A stretch of 64,000 bases of DNA from Basidiobolus meristosporus CBS 931.73 (Eukaryota > Fungi > Basidiobolomycota): positions 132,095 through 196,094 of the forward strand of contig MCFE01000050.1 of assembly GCA_002104905.1 (NCBI GenBank), given 5' to 3'. A program made the position numbers and the translations under genes. The notes beneath the pieces were generated by a model that saw nothing but the letters and a program-made list of their open reading frames with translations, did not search any database and was not told where the DNA came from. This document shows positions 13,501 through 27,177 of the stretch, in pieces. The stretch's first letter is position 1, and each line of letters starts with the position of its first letter.

Positions 13501-16369
13501 TTGCGACGTCTTTTGTCTTGGCTCTGTGGGTATCTGAAGGTGATTCAGCCAAAAGATGTCAAGGAACTGGTAAATCTCCTCAGCCGATCAGCACAATCCA
13601 GAGGAGAGATCGATAACTGGTGGGAGCAGAATATAGCGCGACCCGGTGCAAAGAAGGCTGCAAAAACTGCAGATTCAAGCTCCCCGATGACTGCTTCAGA
13701 TTCATCCATCCTTCCGAAAAACATCCCTTCAGCCCGCAGAAGTCCACCCAAGGTGAAAAATGTGAGCTCTAGTAGCCACACGGATGAAAAATATCCATTC
13801 TACGACGACGACGACGGCTTCCAAGGAAGTGCTTTGCAAATAGGTGACGATTCATTTTATGATCAAGTAGAGCTTACAGTGGTCGAGAATTACACCCCAT
13901 ATTCATGGGATAAGGAGAATGTGGTTAATGAAGAAGATGATGCTCAGCTATTCGAATTCTCTGGGATGCATGCCGAAGATAGTAACTGCCCAACGACTAA
14001 TACTCCCTTGTTAAACGAGCCCGTTGTAGAATCACCACGAGACGAAAAGCAGAAGCGTCCAACCTCATCACTCCCTCATCGACATCAAAGCGATAGAAGC
14101 ACACAAATAGTTGAGGCTGAGAGTTCTCGCAACAGGCACTCCGAGATGTCGATCAAAGAACGGCCAATTGAGCACAGACACGATGCATCACGGCGGCATG
14201 AAAGCAAATCTAGAGATACTCGAAGAGACGACCCCGAGCAGTACGTGAAAAGCAGCTCAAAACTCTCAACCAAGAAGTATTTTTCCGAAAAAGATCATGG
14301 CCGTGCCAATGAGAGAAAAAGCAAATCATACCATCAATACGAGAGCAAATCCAGAGACCATCAAAGGTACGACGCCGACCAAGATCGGAGTCGTGACTCG
14401 GAATGGTCAACTGAGAAGCGAAGGGAATCGTTCCACCGACACCAAAGCAAATCCAGAGATACTCGAAGAGATAATATCAAAGATGATCGAAAGAGCAGTT
14501 ACAAACACTCCACTAGAGAGCATTCAATCAAGAGAAATTCCCGATACACCAACGAACATAGTGAACCATACCGTCCACATGAAAGTAGATCAAAAGATGA
14601 CTACCATCAATATAATGGCTCAGCAACATCAACGCACAGTTACTCAGCCAACAAAAGCTATGGCCATGGTGATAAACACAGATATGTGTCTAAGGATTCT
14701 CGACGAGATGGCGCCAATCTATATCGACATAGTGCTTCAGAAAGGTTTCCTAAGGACCGCTCGGCTACCAAGTATAGCGATGACCTTCGTCAACATCTCA
14801 ATGAGCCGTCTCATCAACAGGAAATCAGGTCCAGTGATGCCCGAAGCCGTGCTACTCAAAAGCGCCCAAATGAGAGGAGCCACAGTCCGGCCGATAAGTG
14901 GAAGAGCGAAAGTAAATCCAAATATTCTCGTAGGAGAGACACAGAACAAGGTCGAATAGAGAATCCAACAGAGCTGACCAGAGATCGCTCAGCTGATAGG
15001 GATCGTAACCGTATGAAGCGCAGAAGAAGCAACAGTAGATCTAGGGAATCTCGAAGTGATGAAGCAAAACAACACTCGAAGAAGTACAATTCGGAAAGAT
15101 CGACCAGAGAACGTTCAACTGAGGGCGATCACGATACTGGCAAGCAGCAACGAAGCATGCCATCCCACCGACAAGAAAGCAAACCTAGCGAAGCTCTTGA
15201 TGACAAAGAGGTCAGACATTCAACCAATCATGCGGTACCTTCATCTAAGCAGTCGTGTGAGAAGGATCCATATGTTATGGGTCAGAACCGATACGAAAGT
15301 GAATCTGGAGGTTCCCAAAGAGATGAGACTGGATTTTCCCGAAAGAAGCGTTTGAAAGTTGAACGGAGTAGCGATTTGCCACACGGACATGAAAGCAAAT
15401 CCAGATATCTTGAACAACCTACATCGAAGAGCTCAGACCACTCGACCAGAGGACATCCTTTCCAGAAGCCGCCTAGTCAACCCGCTAATGAGCCAATACA
15501 ATGGCGCGAACCCAAGTCAGCTGAATTCAAGCACTGAACGTCCACCTAGGGAAGACCAAGTCCATTTCGACCATTCGACAATCGAACCACATGACATGTG
15601 CGAGAGTAGGGATATCCATATCAACGAGCAGAGAAATGAATCATCAAACCGACACCAAAGCAAAGTTGAGGACAATGAATACGAGAGGGGGTATAGAGGG
15701 GCAACAGCTCAGGAAGGCTATCGACACACCATCAACCTTCCAGTTGATGAATATACAAAGAGACACTCTGCAGAAACCGCAGGATCTATGAAGCACCAAA
15801 AGAGAGCGAGATCTCCGAAAACAGAAAGGCGCTCCGGGGCTGAGGAGCATCCAAGAAAATCCCCAAAAATCGCTGACAGTAGTCACCATCGAAATCCAGA
15901 GCAGAAGTCACCACACACGAGAAGATCAGAGCCAGCTTTACACAAAGCAGAGAGGGAGTACCGGCATGGTCAATCTTATAGCAGACATTCCAACGCACAT
16001 GCGAGAGATGCGTTGCAAGAACCAGTGGACAATAGTGCAAAATACCGCCATGAACAAACGACCACCAGAAACCATGCAAAAGCATACCTACGTAGACCTC
16101 ATCCAGCACCATATGACCCAGAGTATTACGAAGGGACCCCGTTGGTGATAGAGAAAGCCATCTACGACGATTTAGATGATTTCTCTCCATTGTCCAAATC
16201 CAACACCTCATCTAAACCTCGCGTTGTCCCATCTCGTAACCCTGAAACTGAGGCTGCACCGACGAAGACGAGGAGTCCAGATGTCACACCACACAAACTA
16301 TCGAAGAAGCAGGATCCAGCAAAGATCTACTCCCTCGATCGTCTACTAAACCTAATGTCGGAAAAGTAG
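13501..16369 (+). CDS. Large low-complexity Ser/Arg/His/Asp-rich hypothetical protein, split over two overlapping frames
   Basis: ORFs 13501-15537 (678 aa) and 15359-16369 (336 aa) have the same composition and share recurring H(E/Q)SKSRD motifs. No recognisable domain; the true start is probably upstream. Confidence 0.55.
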
Positions 16370-16637
16370 GCGATTGCTGGGAGAGCACACACGATCCATC
16401 ACCATCGACATCACCACCACTACTGCCGAACATTCTTTGATAGACTTTCACATCTACAGGATGACCACTCTTTGACAGAGCGGCCCTCCACTTTGTAATA
16501 TATGAAGCAGCGACGATTGTAAGCGATTTTGGATAGAGGCTTATTTTGTAATTAAAAGATAGAAGGATTTATATTGCGGAGCAAGATGTACATTGAAGGA
16601 GCATGTGGGAAACAGTTGAATGCAGGATATCACCCCA

Positions 16638-18052
16638 CTAACACGACCAAATCTCCAACTCCATACAGCTGAAGGCGGACGAAGTGGCCAGGACCTCATT
16701 GTCGAAGGTGGAGCATCTAGCGGAGAAGCCCCTGTCCAGGTTACCATCCAACCAGAGGCCAAACGTGCCATTTCTAAGAAGGCAGAACACGGGGGTCAGT
16801 CAGAGAAGAAGCCGAAATCCCCTCCACATCGGGATGGGTCAGTGAGAATGTAGTTACCCTCCACCCACGGCGATGAATCGGTTTTCAGATAACATGTAGT
16901 ATTCGTTCTCGCCGGTACGCTTGTATACCTTGACCCGGGGGTGGCCGGGGTCGGGACGAAGCTTCCACAGGAAACTGAATGCAGGTTAGTACCGAGAGCA
17001 GATCCATCCTCGATGCCATCCCTAGATAGTTACCATTCCCCGCCACCGTAATAGGATGGACTTGGTTTGAAATGCTCGGTAACGAAGGCCCCAAACACCT
17101 GTCGGCCGGATTAGCTCAAAGCGGGGGCAATCGAAAGTTCGCAGTACCTACCGAACCGCATGCATCCCGTATCACCAGCACCGAGGGTCCCTTGTTTTGG
17201 GTGATCTTGAACAGTGTGCTAAGGGTGCATCCGTGTTGCTCTAGACTGAACAAAAGTCTCCAGCTACGATTGAGGCGTAGGCGATGCGGGATGTGGCGAG
17301 AGATCTACAGGACTCAAGGGTTAACTCGAAATCACCCACCTAAGACCATGCTTAAGTGAAACTATCACGGACCTGTTCGGCCATCCCCACCGTCAGGAGA
17401 GGTTCTTCGTCGAACGATCGGCCGATCAGTTGGATCGGGGGTAGCTCGAGGGCTTTCTGGAGAGGCTTCAGGAGGTTGACTTTAGAGGGCTCGATTGGCA
17501 AGGATAAGGTGCGTCTATGCACGTGTCTATAATTATGGGATAATGCTATGAACGAGTTGAGCTGGTCTTCGGGATCCGAGTGATACTCCTCATCCTCCTC
17601 GGTGTGGTGGGCATGTATGGAGGTGGAGTAGGACGATATCAGTCTGGCGGGATGATTGAAGTTCACTCGGTGTACCTGGCGTGGAACCATTGTAGGAACC
17701 GAGTGGGCTCTCCACTTTCTCACAGTGTGTCTGCCAGCTTTGTCGGATAGTTTAGGGGAGCCAGGAGGCGATACTGCATTACACTAAGACACGGGAACGA
17801 GAACAAGGGATCGAGTTAGTATGGGCCAACATCTGGTCCACAACAAACACCCCTTACCTGTACAGCAACATAATCGACAGCAATCGTACCTTTATCTTGA
17901 ACCTGGGGGAAGATCCAGTGGTGCCCACCGCTAGCCTTAGAGGTCAGCATAGGGGATCGATGATGCCTTTTGCTTATTGAAGGGTGTGGATGACCAGATA
18001 GCCTGTGAAGGGTAGAGGTAGTTGGCATTGTAGATCGACACCTGGATGGCAT
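16638..18052 (-). CDS. OXR1: Second TLDc-domain protein (OXR1 family), multi-exon
   Basis: PPIQLIGRSFDEEPLLTVGMAEQ, VFGAFVTEHFKPSPSYYG, ENEYYMLSETD, NGTFGLWLDGNLDRGFSARCSTFDNEVLATSSAFSCMELEIWSC*. Read by hand, partly outside the supplied ORF track. Confidence 0.85.
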
Positions 18053-19374
18053 GTTCGCTTTGTATATAAAGGGAGAGGGAGTTAAGTGGGAATAAAAAGA
18101 GGGAAGTTTTAGTGATTCCGGTTAGGAAATCCAGTAATTTCTATTAGAATGAAGGTAAGTGTGTTGAGGGTAGGGGTGGGCAACAAGCATCCTTGTCACG
18201 TTTTTATAGCGACTGCGGGATCGGTGGGAAGTGGTGATCCACGGTCCACTAATAAAAGCTGTGCTACAGCCTTTGGTCCATAAATAACTCTTGTACACTG
18301 ATAATAATACATGCATGCAGTCCAAAATTTTCCATCCAGCTCAAACCCATCTTGCTTTGAACATGAACGAATCCCACCGCATGATGTATGAAACTACCAT
18401 AACATCTGATTTCCACAGTGGGATTACCATGGGTGCAACAACCAGTCCACGTGTGTTGGGCTTGGTTGATGGCCTATCCTGGATGTTTGGTGTGTGCTCT
18501 GTGGCTTAGATGGATCAATCGTCATCCCCAGCATATTTCTGCCGTAACCGGACTCTAACAAACGCCGGAATAGTGAGAACGAGTAAACATAATCAACTTG
18601 ATTAACAAACGTATTGTTGATTCTGGATGTGGCTGCGAGGGGGATCTCATCATCGAATCCATTCCCAATCACTCGGCTCTCCTGCTCTGTTCCGGAACGG
18701 ACATGAGCGCTGGATGTGAACATCATACCCAGAGCGTGAGTAAAGGTTTCGGAAGAACGCTCGTGACCTCAGGAGATCGAGGTTTGGTTCACTAGGTTTT
18801 ACTACGTATTCCCTATCAAAGTAAATTGAACCATAATACCTCTACCTGAACCAAGGTGCAATCGCTTCACACATCACAGCTTCAGCTTCACCCACGCCAG
18901 GGGTAGGGTCAAGCCTAAGCCATCACGTCCCCCAGGAGCAAAACCCCCTTCCTTAGAATAGAGGCCAAGTACATGGTGGCGAATGCAAGAGCACAGAATA
19001 GGCCAATTTATATATATTCACGTATATACATAGTTATACGTTTCACTAAAAGCAGATGACCAACGACCACTTCCATCCCGATACTGGGCAACATTACCAT
19101 GGTTGGGAAAGACAGTCATGGCGATACCCTTAAGAAACATCAGTCTGGCCCCGAAGCTGGATCTTTCTTTTGGGATTGGACTAAATCAAGTGAAATTGAA
19201 TGGCTATCTCGCTCACCGTCCACCAATTATGGCCCGCCACTAACGGTTAAGGAGGGTGGGATGCGTTTTGAGAAAAGGCAAACCAGCGGAAAGTCCCTAT
19301 AAATAGCTTGGGGAGCGCCGGGGGAATTTAAGCTCCACGCCATCCTTAACATCGCCCACTCGCCTTCCATAGAT

Positions 19375-20101
<727 letters not shown>

Positions 20102-20355
20102 GCGTCAAAGCTTGGTGCTATCCCATAATAGAAACCACTTGTCCCTTTAGCGGCCCCCCCCACAGTTACATCACTTTATCAAATAATGAGCTAATGTACA
20201 GCTGATGTATATATTGGCCAAATAAATCCTGACCGATCAAAGATGATGTTCCGATCGAATATAGAAAGAACCACCCTCCAGAAACGTCATTTGACAGTAT
20301 CGGTTAGTTCAGCACATTCCCCGATATAAATACCAATGTCGCAGAGACCACGCCC

Positions 20356-20774
20356 ATGGCTGAGTATCCAGAAATATTCAACGGTCTTGACGACGCTGAG
20401 CTGACAGAAGTTAGAGGTAAACCAGTCCATGCTTTGTTGTGTTTTTTCAGTGTTTGACTGTGCATACTTCAGCCCGGGAACGCACGTTTGATGGAGCGTA
20501 TTGGCGCTCGGCACTAAGTGTCCTTGGCAGAGGCGTGGTTGTACTTAAGGTATTCACCCACGAGTTCTACAAAATGGGAATGGTTTATATTGCTTTGGGG
20601 ATTGGCCTCTTGCTGATCGCTATACATCGACGTCGATCGTTTTACCGCGACTTGGACATGAACAACGGCTACAAAACCAGCGGGAAATCCGTAGTCCTTA
20701 TAGGCTTGATGGCGATATCGGCCTACATACTCATGCTGATATTTTTGTTTGAAATTATCGATCATGGAAGCTGA
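20356..20774 (+). CDS. DUF202-family small membrane protein (start uncertain, one intron)
   Basis: Spliced ELTEVR-ARERTFDGAYWRSALS followed by three hydrophobic segments, resembling fungal DUF202 proteins. Confidence 0.65.
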
Positions 20775-21464
20775 TTCCGTATTGCTGAATACCACCTTGC
20801 TGCGCTCTGTAAATAAATCATAGAGAAATTAAATTTAATCAAACTTTCCACAGATATCCAGAGTTCAATTTAATCAACTTGATCTTCGAACAGCCATTGC
20901 ACAGATAAACCTAATCCACCTTGGTCTTCAAGCAACCATTCCCACATATCCCTCGAGTACGTGATCTTCTCGCAAGTTCCAGCAATTTCCAGCCGATCGA
21001 ATGCCGTCGATGGCTCCTGAGCATTCGTACCCAATGATACACCATCAGTCTCGGAAAAGCAGAAGGGTTTATCAGCCAATCACGAATCGACAAAGGGGAA
21101 TTTCCATACCATTCCATTGGTGAGGAGAGACGCAGCCCACAATATTGGAGAAATATCGGATTGCCAGCAGGGAATTGGGGGGAATCTCAGCGCAAGCAAA
21201 ACAAAAGTGGATAAATAAAAAAAAATCGGACAAAAAAACGCAAGCGAACTAAGCACAGATCAGCTAATGCGTAGAGAGTGATCGAATAAATACGAATATA
21301 CTAGAATGTTTTTGTTCCATCTCATTCCATGGAACGAATGGATCTGGGGAGGAAAACAACGAAACGGCAAAACCTTTATAAGCTAGCGACGCACCTTCCC
21401 TGGCAAGTCGTATTTCTCTTTTACTTTACTTTTACCTTTAAGTAACTTAAACCGGATAAATATA

Positions 21465-23588
21465 ATGTCTGACAACACCGAGACCTTCGCTTTCCAGGCT
21501 GAGATCAGCCAGTTGATGTCCTTGATCATCAACACCTTCTACTCCAACAAGGAAATCTTCCTTCGTGAGTTGATCTCTAACGCCTCCGATGCCCTTGACA
21601 AGATTCGTTACGAATCCTTGACCGATCCTTCCAAGCTCGATGCCCAAAAGGATCTTTTCATCCGCATCATTCCCGATAAGGAGAACAAGATTCTTTGCAT
21701 CCGTGATTCCGGTATTGGTATGACCAAGGCTGACCTCGTTAACAGCCTCGGTACCATCGCCAAGTCTGGCACCAAGGCTTTCATGGAGGCTCTCTCCGCT
21801 GGTGCCGATGTCTCCATGATTGGTCAATTCGGTGTCGGTTTCTACTCCGCCTACCTCGTTGCCGACAAGGTTGAGGTCATCACCAAGCACAACGATGACG
21901 AGCAATACATCTGGGAATCCGCTGCCGGTGGTTCTTTCACCATCACCCTCGATACCGTCAACGAGCCTTTGGGCCGTGGTACCGAGCTCAGACTCCACAT
22001 GAAGGAGGACCAACTCGAATATCTCGAGGAGAAGACCATCAAGGATATTGTCAAGAAGCACTCCGAGTTCATTGGCTATCCTATCCAACTCGTCGTCGAG
22101 AAGGAGGTCGAAACCGAGGTTCCTGATGATGAGGCCGAGGAGGAAGTCAAGGAGGAGGAAGACAAGGACGAGAACTCCGCCAAGATCGAGGAGATCGAGG
22201 ATGAGGAGGAAGACAAGGACAAGAAGAAGACCAAGAAGATCAAGGAGATCAAGAAGGAGACCGAGGAGCTTAACAAGACCAAGCCCCTCTGGACCCGTAA
22301 CCCCGATGATGTTACCCCCGAGGAGTACTCCGCCTTCTACAAGGCTCTCAGCAACGACTGGGAAGACCACCTTGCCGTCAAGCACTTCTCCGTTGAAGGT
22401 CAGCTTGAGTTCCGTGCTCTCCTCTACGTTCCTAAGCGTGCTCCTTTCGATCTCTTCGAATCCAAGAAGAAGAGAAACAACATCAAGCTCTATGTCCGCC
22501 GTGTCTTCATCATGGATGACTGCGAGGACTTGATCCCTGAATGGCTCAACTTCATCAAGGGTGTCGTCGACTCCGAGGATTTGCCCCTCAACATTTCTCG
22601 TGAAATCCTTCAACAAAACAAGATTCTTAAGGTCATCCGCAAGAACCTTGTCAAGAAGTGCCTCGAGATGTTCGCTGAAATCGCCGAGGACAAGGAGAAC
22701 TTCAACAAGTTCTACGAGGCCTTCGGTAAGAACATCAAGCTCGGTATCCACGAAGATTCCCAAAACCGTGAGAAGTTGGCCGACTTGCTCCGTTACCACT
22801 CCACCAAGTCTGGTGACGAAGTTACCTCCCTCAAGGACTACGTTACCCGTATGCCCGAGAAGCAAAAGAACATCTACTACATCACTGGTGAGTCTAGACA
22901 AGCTGTTGAGAACTCTCCCTTCTTGGAAGTTTTGAAGAAGAAGGGCTTCGAAGTTTTGTTCATGGTTGACCCTATTGATGAGTACGCCGTTCAACAACTC
23001 AAGGAATACGACGGTAAGAAGCTCATGTGCGCCACCAAGGAAGGTCTTGAGCTTGAAGAAGATGAGGAGGAGAAGAAGCAATGGGAAGAGCAAAAGCAAT
23101 CCTATGAGGAATTGTGCAAGCAAATCAAGGAGATCCTTGGTGACAAGGTCGAGAAGGTCACCGTCTCCAACCGTGTTGTCTCCTCCCCATGCGTTTTGGT
23201 CACTGGCCAATTCGGTTGGTCCGCCAACATGGAGCGTATCATGAAGGCTCAAGCTCTTCGTGACTCCTCCATGTCTTCCTACATGGCCTCCAAGAAGACC
23301 ATGGAGTTGAACCCCAACCACTCCATTGTCAAGTCTCTCAAGGAAAGAGTTGATGCCGACAAGAACGACAAGACCGTCAAGGACTTGACCTACTTGTTGT
23401 ACGAAACCTCTCTCCTCGCCTCTGGATTCTCCTTGGACGATCCCTCCGGTTTCGCCAGCCGCATCCACCGTATGATCAAGTTGGGCTTGAGCATTGACGA
23501 AGAGGAACCCGTCCAAGAAGATGCCCCTGCCGACTTGCCTGCTCTTGACGAAGTCGACGAGGCTTCCAAGATGGAAGAAGTTGATTAA
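21465..23588 (+). CDS. HSP90: Cytosolic heat shock protein 90
   Basis: Intronless 707 aa. [43 protein letters not shown] and [15 protein letters not shown], ending MEEVD. Strong codon bias. Confidence 0.99.
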   Translation: MSDNTETFAFQAEISQLMSLIINTFYSNKEIFLRELISNASDALDKIRYESLTDPSKLDAQKDLFIRIIPDKENKILCIRDSGIGMTKADLVNSLGTIAKSGTKAFMEALSAGADVSMIGQFGVGFYSAYLVADKVEVITKHNDDEQYIWESAAGGSFTITLDTVNEPLGRGTELRLHMKEDQLEYLEEKTIKDIVKKHSEFIGYPIQLVVEKEVETEVPDDEAEEEVKEEEDKDENSAKIEEIEDEEEDKDKKKTKKIKEIKKETEELNKTKPLWTRNPDDVTPEEYSAFYKALSNDWEDHLAVKHFSVEGQLEFRALLYVPKRAPFDLFESKKKRNNIKLYVRRVFIMDDCEDLIPEWLNFIKGVVDSEDLPLNISREILQQNKILKVIRKNLVKKCLEMFAEIAEDKENFNKFYEAFGKNIKLGIHEDSQNREKLADLLRYHSTKSGDEVTSLKDYVTRMPEKQKNIYYITGESRQAVENSPFLEVLKKKGFEVLFMVDPIDEYAVQQLKEYDGKKLMCATKEGLELEEDEEEKKQWEEQKQSYEELCKQIKEILGDKVEKVTVSNRVVSSPCVLVTGQFGWSANMERIMKAQALRDSSMSSYMASKKTMELNPNHSIVKSLKERVDADKNDKTVKDLTYLLYETSLLASGFSLDDPSGFASRIHRMIKLGLSIDEEEPVQEDAPADLPALDEVDEASKMEEVD

Positions 23589-23756
23589 ATCCAACGGGAG
23601 TTGGGAATCAACATTGTTAAATAGTTTTTTCACTTTGAATCGCTTTGTACTCCGAATAACTACTCCTCATAATTGCATAGATTCAATACCACGATGTTTC
23701 TTAGGGTTATTTATTTAATAAAGTAATCTCACAGAGATGTCGAAATCTACATGTCT

Positions 23757-24521
23757 TCAGTAAAACATTGGTTTCCTGGAGGATTTGTTGGTTTTGGACT
23801 GAAGGCACGGATTATTATGAAAATTGGTGGACTTTGCGGGATCCGGCACGGACGAGGGGGATGCCATGGTGATGAAAGTGGATTTGCAATTCGGAAATTT
23901 CCATCTCCACACTTCCTTACCGGAGCTGGCGCTTAGGGCAAACACTTGTTTTTTGCAGGTCATGAATAGGAGGGAATTTTGGTGGTCCAATAATAGAAGA
24001 GGGATCCCGTGTTGCACCTCCGGTAGACACATTTTCCACCGGATGCTGCTGGTTTCTTTGTCGATGGCTCTTACGTCGGATAAGGATGCGACGAATATTA
24101 GGCCTGGGTCCAGCGTGGGCTGCACGTTGTCGTGCGCGGGGTTGGGATTAGCGGCGGTCGAAATGCTAGTTTCCTGGCCACCCAAGTGTCTCGGGGGCTG
24201 TGTTATTGACGTGGTTGAGATTTCATAGGAAGGCGGTGAGGCCTGTGTGGGGAAGGAAGGTGTGGCCAACACGCTAACATGGTAGTAGCCCAAATCAGTG
24301 ACGTGATTGCGCCAGACCTCTTCTCCGTTGCTTAACCGTAGGGCAGCTATCTTGCCCTCTACGCCGCAGATCAGCAAATCCGACGGAGCAGGGCAGCAAT
24401 ACAAGGCAATGGAAAGTTCGGAGCCACATACATATGATCTCCACACAACGATTCCAGTGAACTTTTCGAAGGCGTAGACATATCCCTGTGCACCGCAAAG
24501 TAACAGTGTACTCAAGTCCAT
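23757..24521 (-). CDS. PQQ-like beta-propeller repeat protein (hypothetical)
   Basis: Intronless 254 aa with repeated blades: GYVYAFEKFTGIVVW, GKIAALRLSNGEEVW, DVRAIDKETSSIRW, QVFALSASSGKEVW. Confidence 0.6.
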   Translation of the reverse strand: MDLSTLLLCGAQGYVYAFEKFTGIVVWRSYVCGSELSIALYCCPAPSDLLICGVEGKIAALRLSNGEEVWRNHVTDLGYYHVSVLATPSFPTQASPPSYEISTTSITQPPRHLGGQETSISTAANPNPAHDNVQPTLDPGLIFVASLSDVRAIDKETSSIRWKMCLPEVQHGIPLLLLDHQNSLLFMTCKKQVFALSASSGKEVWRWKFPNCKSTFITMASPSSVPDPAKSTNFHNNPCLQSKTNKSSRKPMFY

Positions 24522-24881
24522 CGAGCGCTATGTTCGTGGACAAACAAATGCTAGATCGGATATGGACATGGTTGGACTAATTAAGCGAGAGAATCGACCC
24601 CGAGCCACGCATTTTTGGAATTGGATAGTCATGGTGACCATAGGCAAATACACAGTCCAATTGCCTTTAGCCTCCTCGCATAATCGGCATAACTACGGAG
24701 AATCCCCGGGCATCGTTTACCTGCTGTATAGTTGTATTTCATTATTTGCTCTATGCTCACGCCTGATCGTTTTCTGTATGTTTGTATTTCATAGCCATGA
24801 TCTAGACTTGTTGGTAAAATTGTCAGCCATTTATTTATCGAATAGATAAGATGTCTGTTGAGTGGTCAAGATCCGGGGAAT

Positions 24882-26530
24882 TTAGCAAGCGCCTAGATCA
24901 GTCCAAACATTCTGTCCGTTGTTACCAGGAGTATCGTTCTGAGTCCACCACTTCGCTTGCCAAAGATGCCCGTTATAGGTAGCCTTTTGAGCCCCATTGT
25001 AAGCGACGCTGGAACTCCAGGCGGCAACTCCGGTGCAGATGCCGGTTCCAGATGTGGGGGAAGGCTTGGTGGTGGTGGAGGTGGTGACAGAGGTAGTGGT
25101 AGTGGGGCTTGTGACCTGACTCTGGGTTTTAGAGGTGGTTGCGGTAGAGCTGGTGGCTGGAACTGAGGTTTGGGTTGGAGTGGTGGATGTTGGTGAGGGG
25201 TTGGTGGCAGTAGTTGTTGCACCAGGTTGACGGATACCTTGGATTGCATTTAGCAACTCATCATTACCATCATTGGTCATATCCCAGTACATCACTCCAC
25301 GAAGTCCTTGCTGCTTGGTATAGTCGACCTTGACCTTCAGCGATTGAGGATCGTCGTAGGAGATGTATGTTTTGCTACTGGCGCTGAACAACCAAGGAGT
25401 CTGGGTGGTATTGTCCCAGTAACGACTCCACCCAGCAACAGGACTGGTCGGGCCACTTGTTAGGATCTGGCTTCTAAGGTATTTCCAAGCCCAGAGTCCG
25501 CCGTAGGAGGTTCCCTCATTGCAGAAAAAGTTTGGATCATTCGAGTCGGATGGATCTCCTTTGGGAACCACGGCCTCCTTGGCCACATACTGATTGGATG
25601 GGTCGGAGTTCATGTCGACCTTGGCAGTTAGTGATCTTCCGTAGAAGGGCAGGCCCATGACCAGCTTGTTGGCCGGCCATTTGGCGTTCAACCAAGCTTG
25701 CATGGCTTGACGGAATGAGAATGGATCTCCACGCTTTGTGTCATAGTCAAACGGAGCATTGGGACCAGTAGTTGCTGACCAGTCTCCCATGATATCGTAG
25801 GCCATAACATTAATAAAGTCAAAATATTGCGCATATTGTGAGACATCTGGAAGTGGAGTCCCATTTGGCCCGTCGAATGGCTGCACCCTAACCGCTGCAG
25901 TCAGAAGTTTGTGCTCATTAGGGAACTCCTTGTCGAGTGCAGCGCGAAGCTCCTTCAGCAGCAACAGGTAGTTGGCCGAGTCGGCGGCATCATACACATT
26001 ACAGACAGCGGCAGCTCTGCCAGGGTATTCCCAGTCGATGTCGATGCCGTCAAGGTCCCAGCCATTCGGAATGCCATCATCGCTGGTCTTCGTGTTCTTG
26101 CGGACAAACACCAAAGCGTTGTTGATGAACTTCTGGCGAAGAGCTGGATCCTTGACTACAAGAGAGAAAGTCTGGCTTCCGGTCCAACCTCCGATGGACA
26201 TCTGAACCTTGACACCTTTAGCCTTGGCAAGATCCCTCAGCTTTTGAATGGCATCCCCGTCATAGTAAGGATCTATGAAGATGTTGGCGGGATCATTTTT
26301 CTTGGTCAAGACACCGAAACCTAGAAGACAACGACATTAGCGGATGAATGGAACCTGACAGCTGGAGTGAGATGCATACCGTAGTTGATGTGGGTTACTT
26401 TGTCGTAGCTGAGCTGGTTGGGCTCAACATTCCCCCAGGGAACGTAGTAGCCAACAACGACCTTGTCACCATCAGCCAGGATCAAAGGGACAAAGGCCAA
26501 TGCAGAGAGCAGAGCGACTGTGAACTTCAT
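24882..26530 (-). CDS. Secreted GH18 chitinase A with Thr/Ser linker and C-terminal CBM5/12 chitin-binding module
   Basis: Signal peptide MKFTVALLSALAFVPLILA, one intron, SIGGW, catalytic DGIDIDWEYP, MAYD, and C-terminal YNGHLWQAKWWTQNDTPG. Confidence 0.95.
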
Positions 26531-27177
26531 TGCTTGAAGATTTCTGATTCTCAAGTCCAGCCCAAGCTTCGCTTATATAGCTGTCATGTACTCCGTCTGC
26601 CGTTGCACCTTTCATGAGTGAACGCGATGAAGAGCTTATGATGGAAATTCCATATAAGTCTTTATTAGAATTGCTCATTAGCTAGTAAAGTTGGACAGTG
26701 AGATGAGGGTATAGTTCGCAAGGTACACTGTTCGAGTCACCTGATCCGAACAACTCCTAAGACTAGCCTCCAACCTGAACGATGGCCAATTTGAAAGGAT
26801 TTCTGCTGATCCCAGCGGTCACTGTCCATACTGAGTTAACATCACACTCTACTTTAACCTAAAATGGCGGGGTCACACGCAAACAAGTTTGCCGCTGCCT
26901 TGAATAAACGCGATTTGTTACAATCGTGTGTTGCACTCGAACCGGTGGAGGTTACGAGCAATTTAGCCATGTTGGTGGGCAAGCTACGTTACTGTTTAGT
27001 GATATGCACCGGCTCTTGCATTTGTTGGAAGCGTCAACAATCCATCAACGGATTCATGCAGGCTGGTAAACAAAGCTACGTTTGAGATCTACCAGAGATC
27101 CCAAGCATCGACGGGGGCGGGTATATATTTGATTCCCAAGGGGTACGGTGCCGTGGAGATTTTTCTCTTTGGAAGCG

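Noticed and set aside
18424-18900. Possible small spliced gene between the second TLDc gene and FUR1
   Set aside because: Only short ORFs, no recognisable motif and no consistent exon chain.
21447-23633. 728-aa antisense ORF over HSP90
   Set aside because: Expected shadow of strong codon bias in a highly expressed HSP90 (few TTA/CTA/TCA codons, so few antisense stops). It mirrors the sense frame and has no independent motif.
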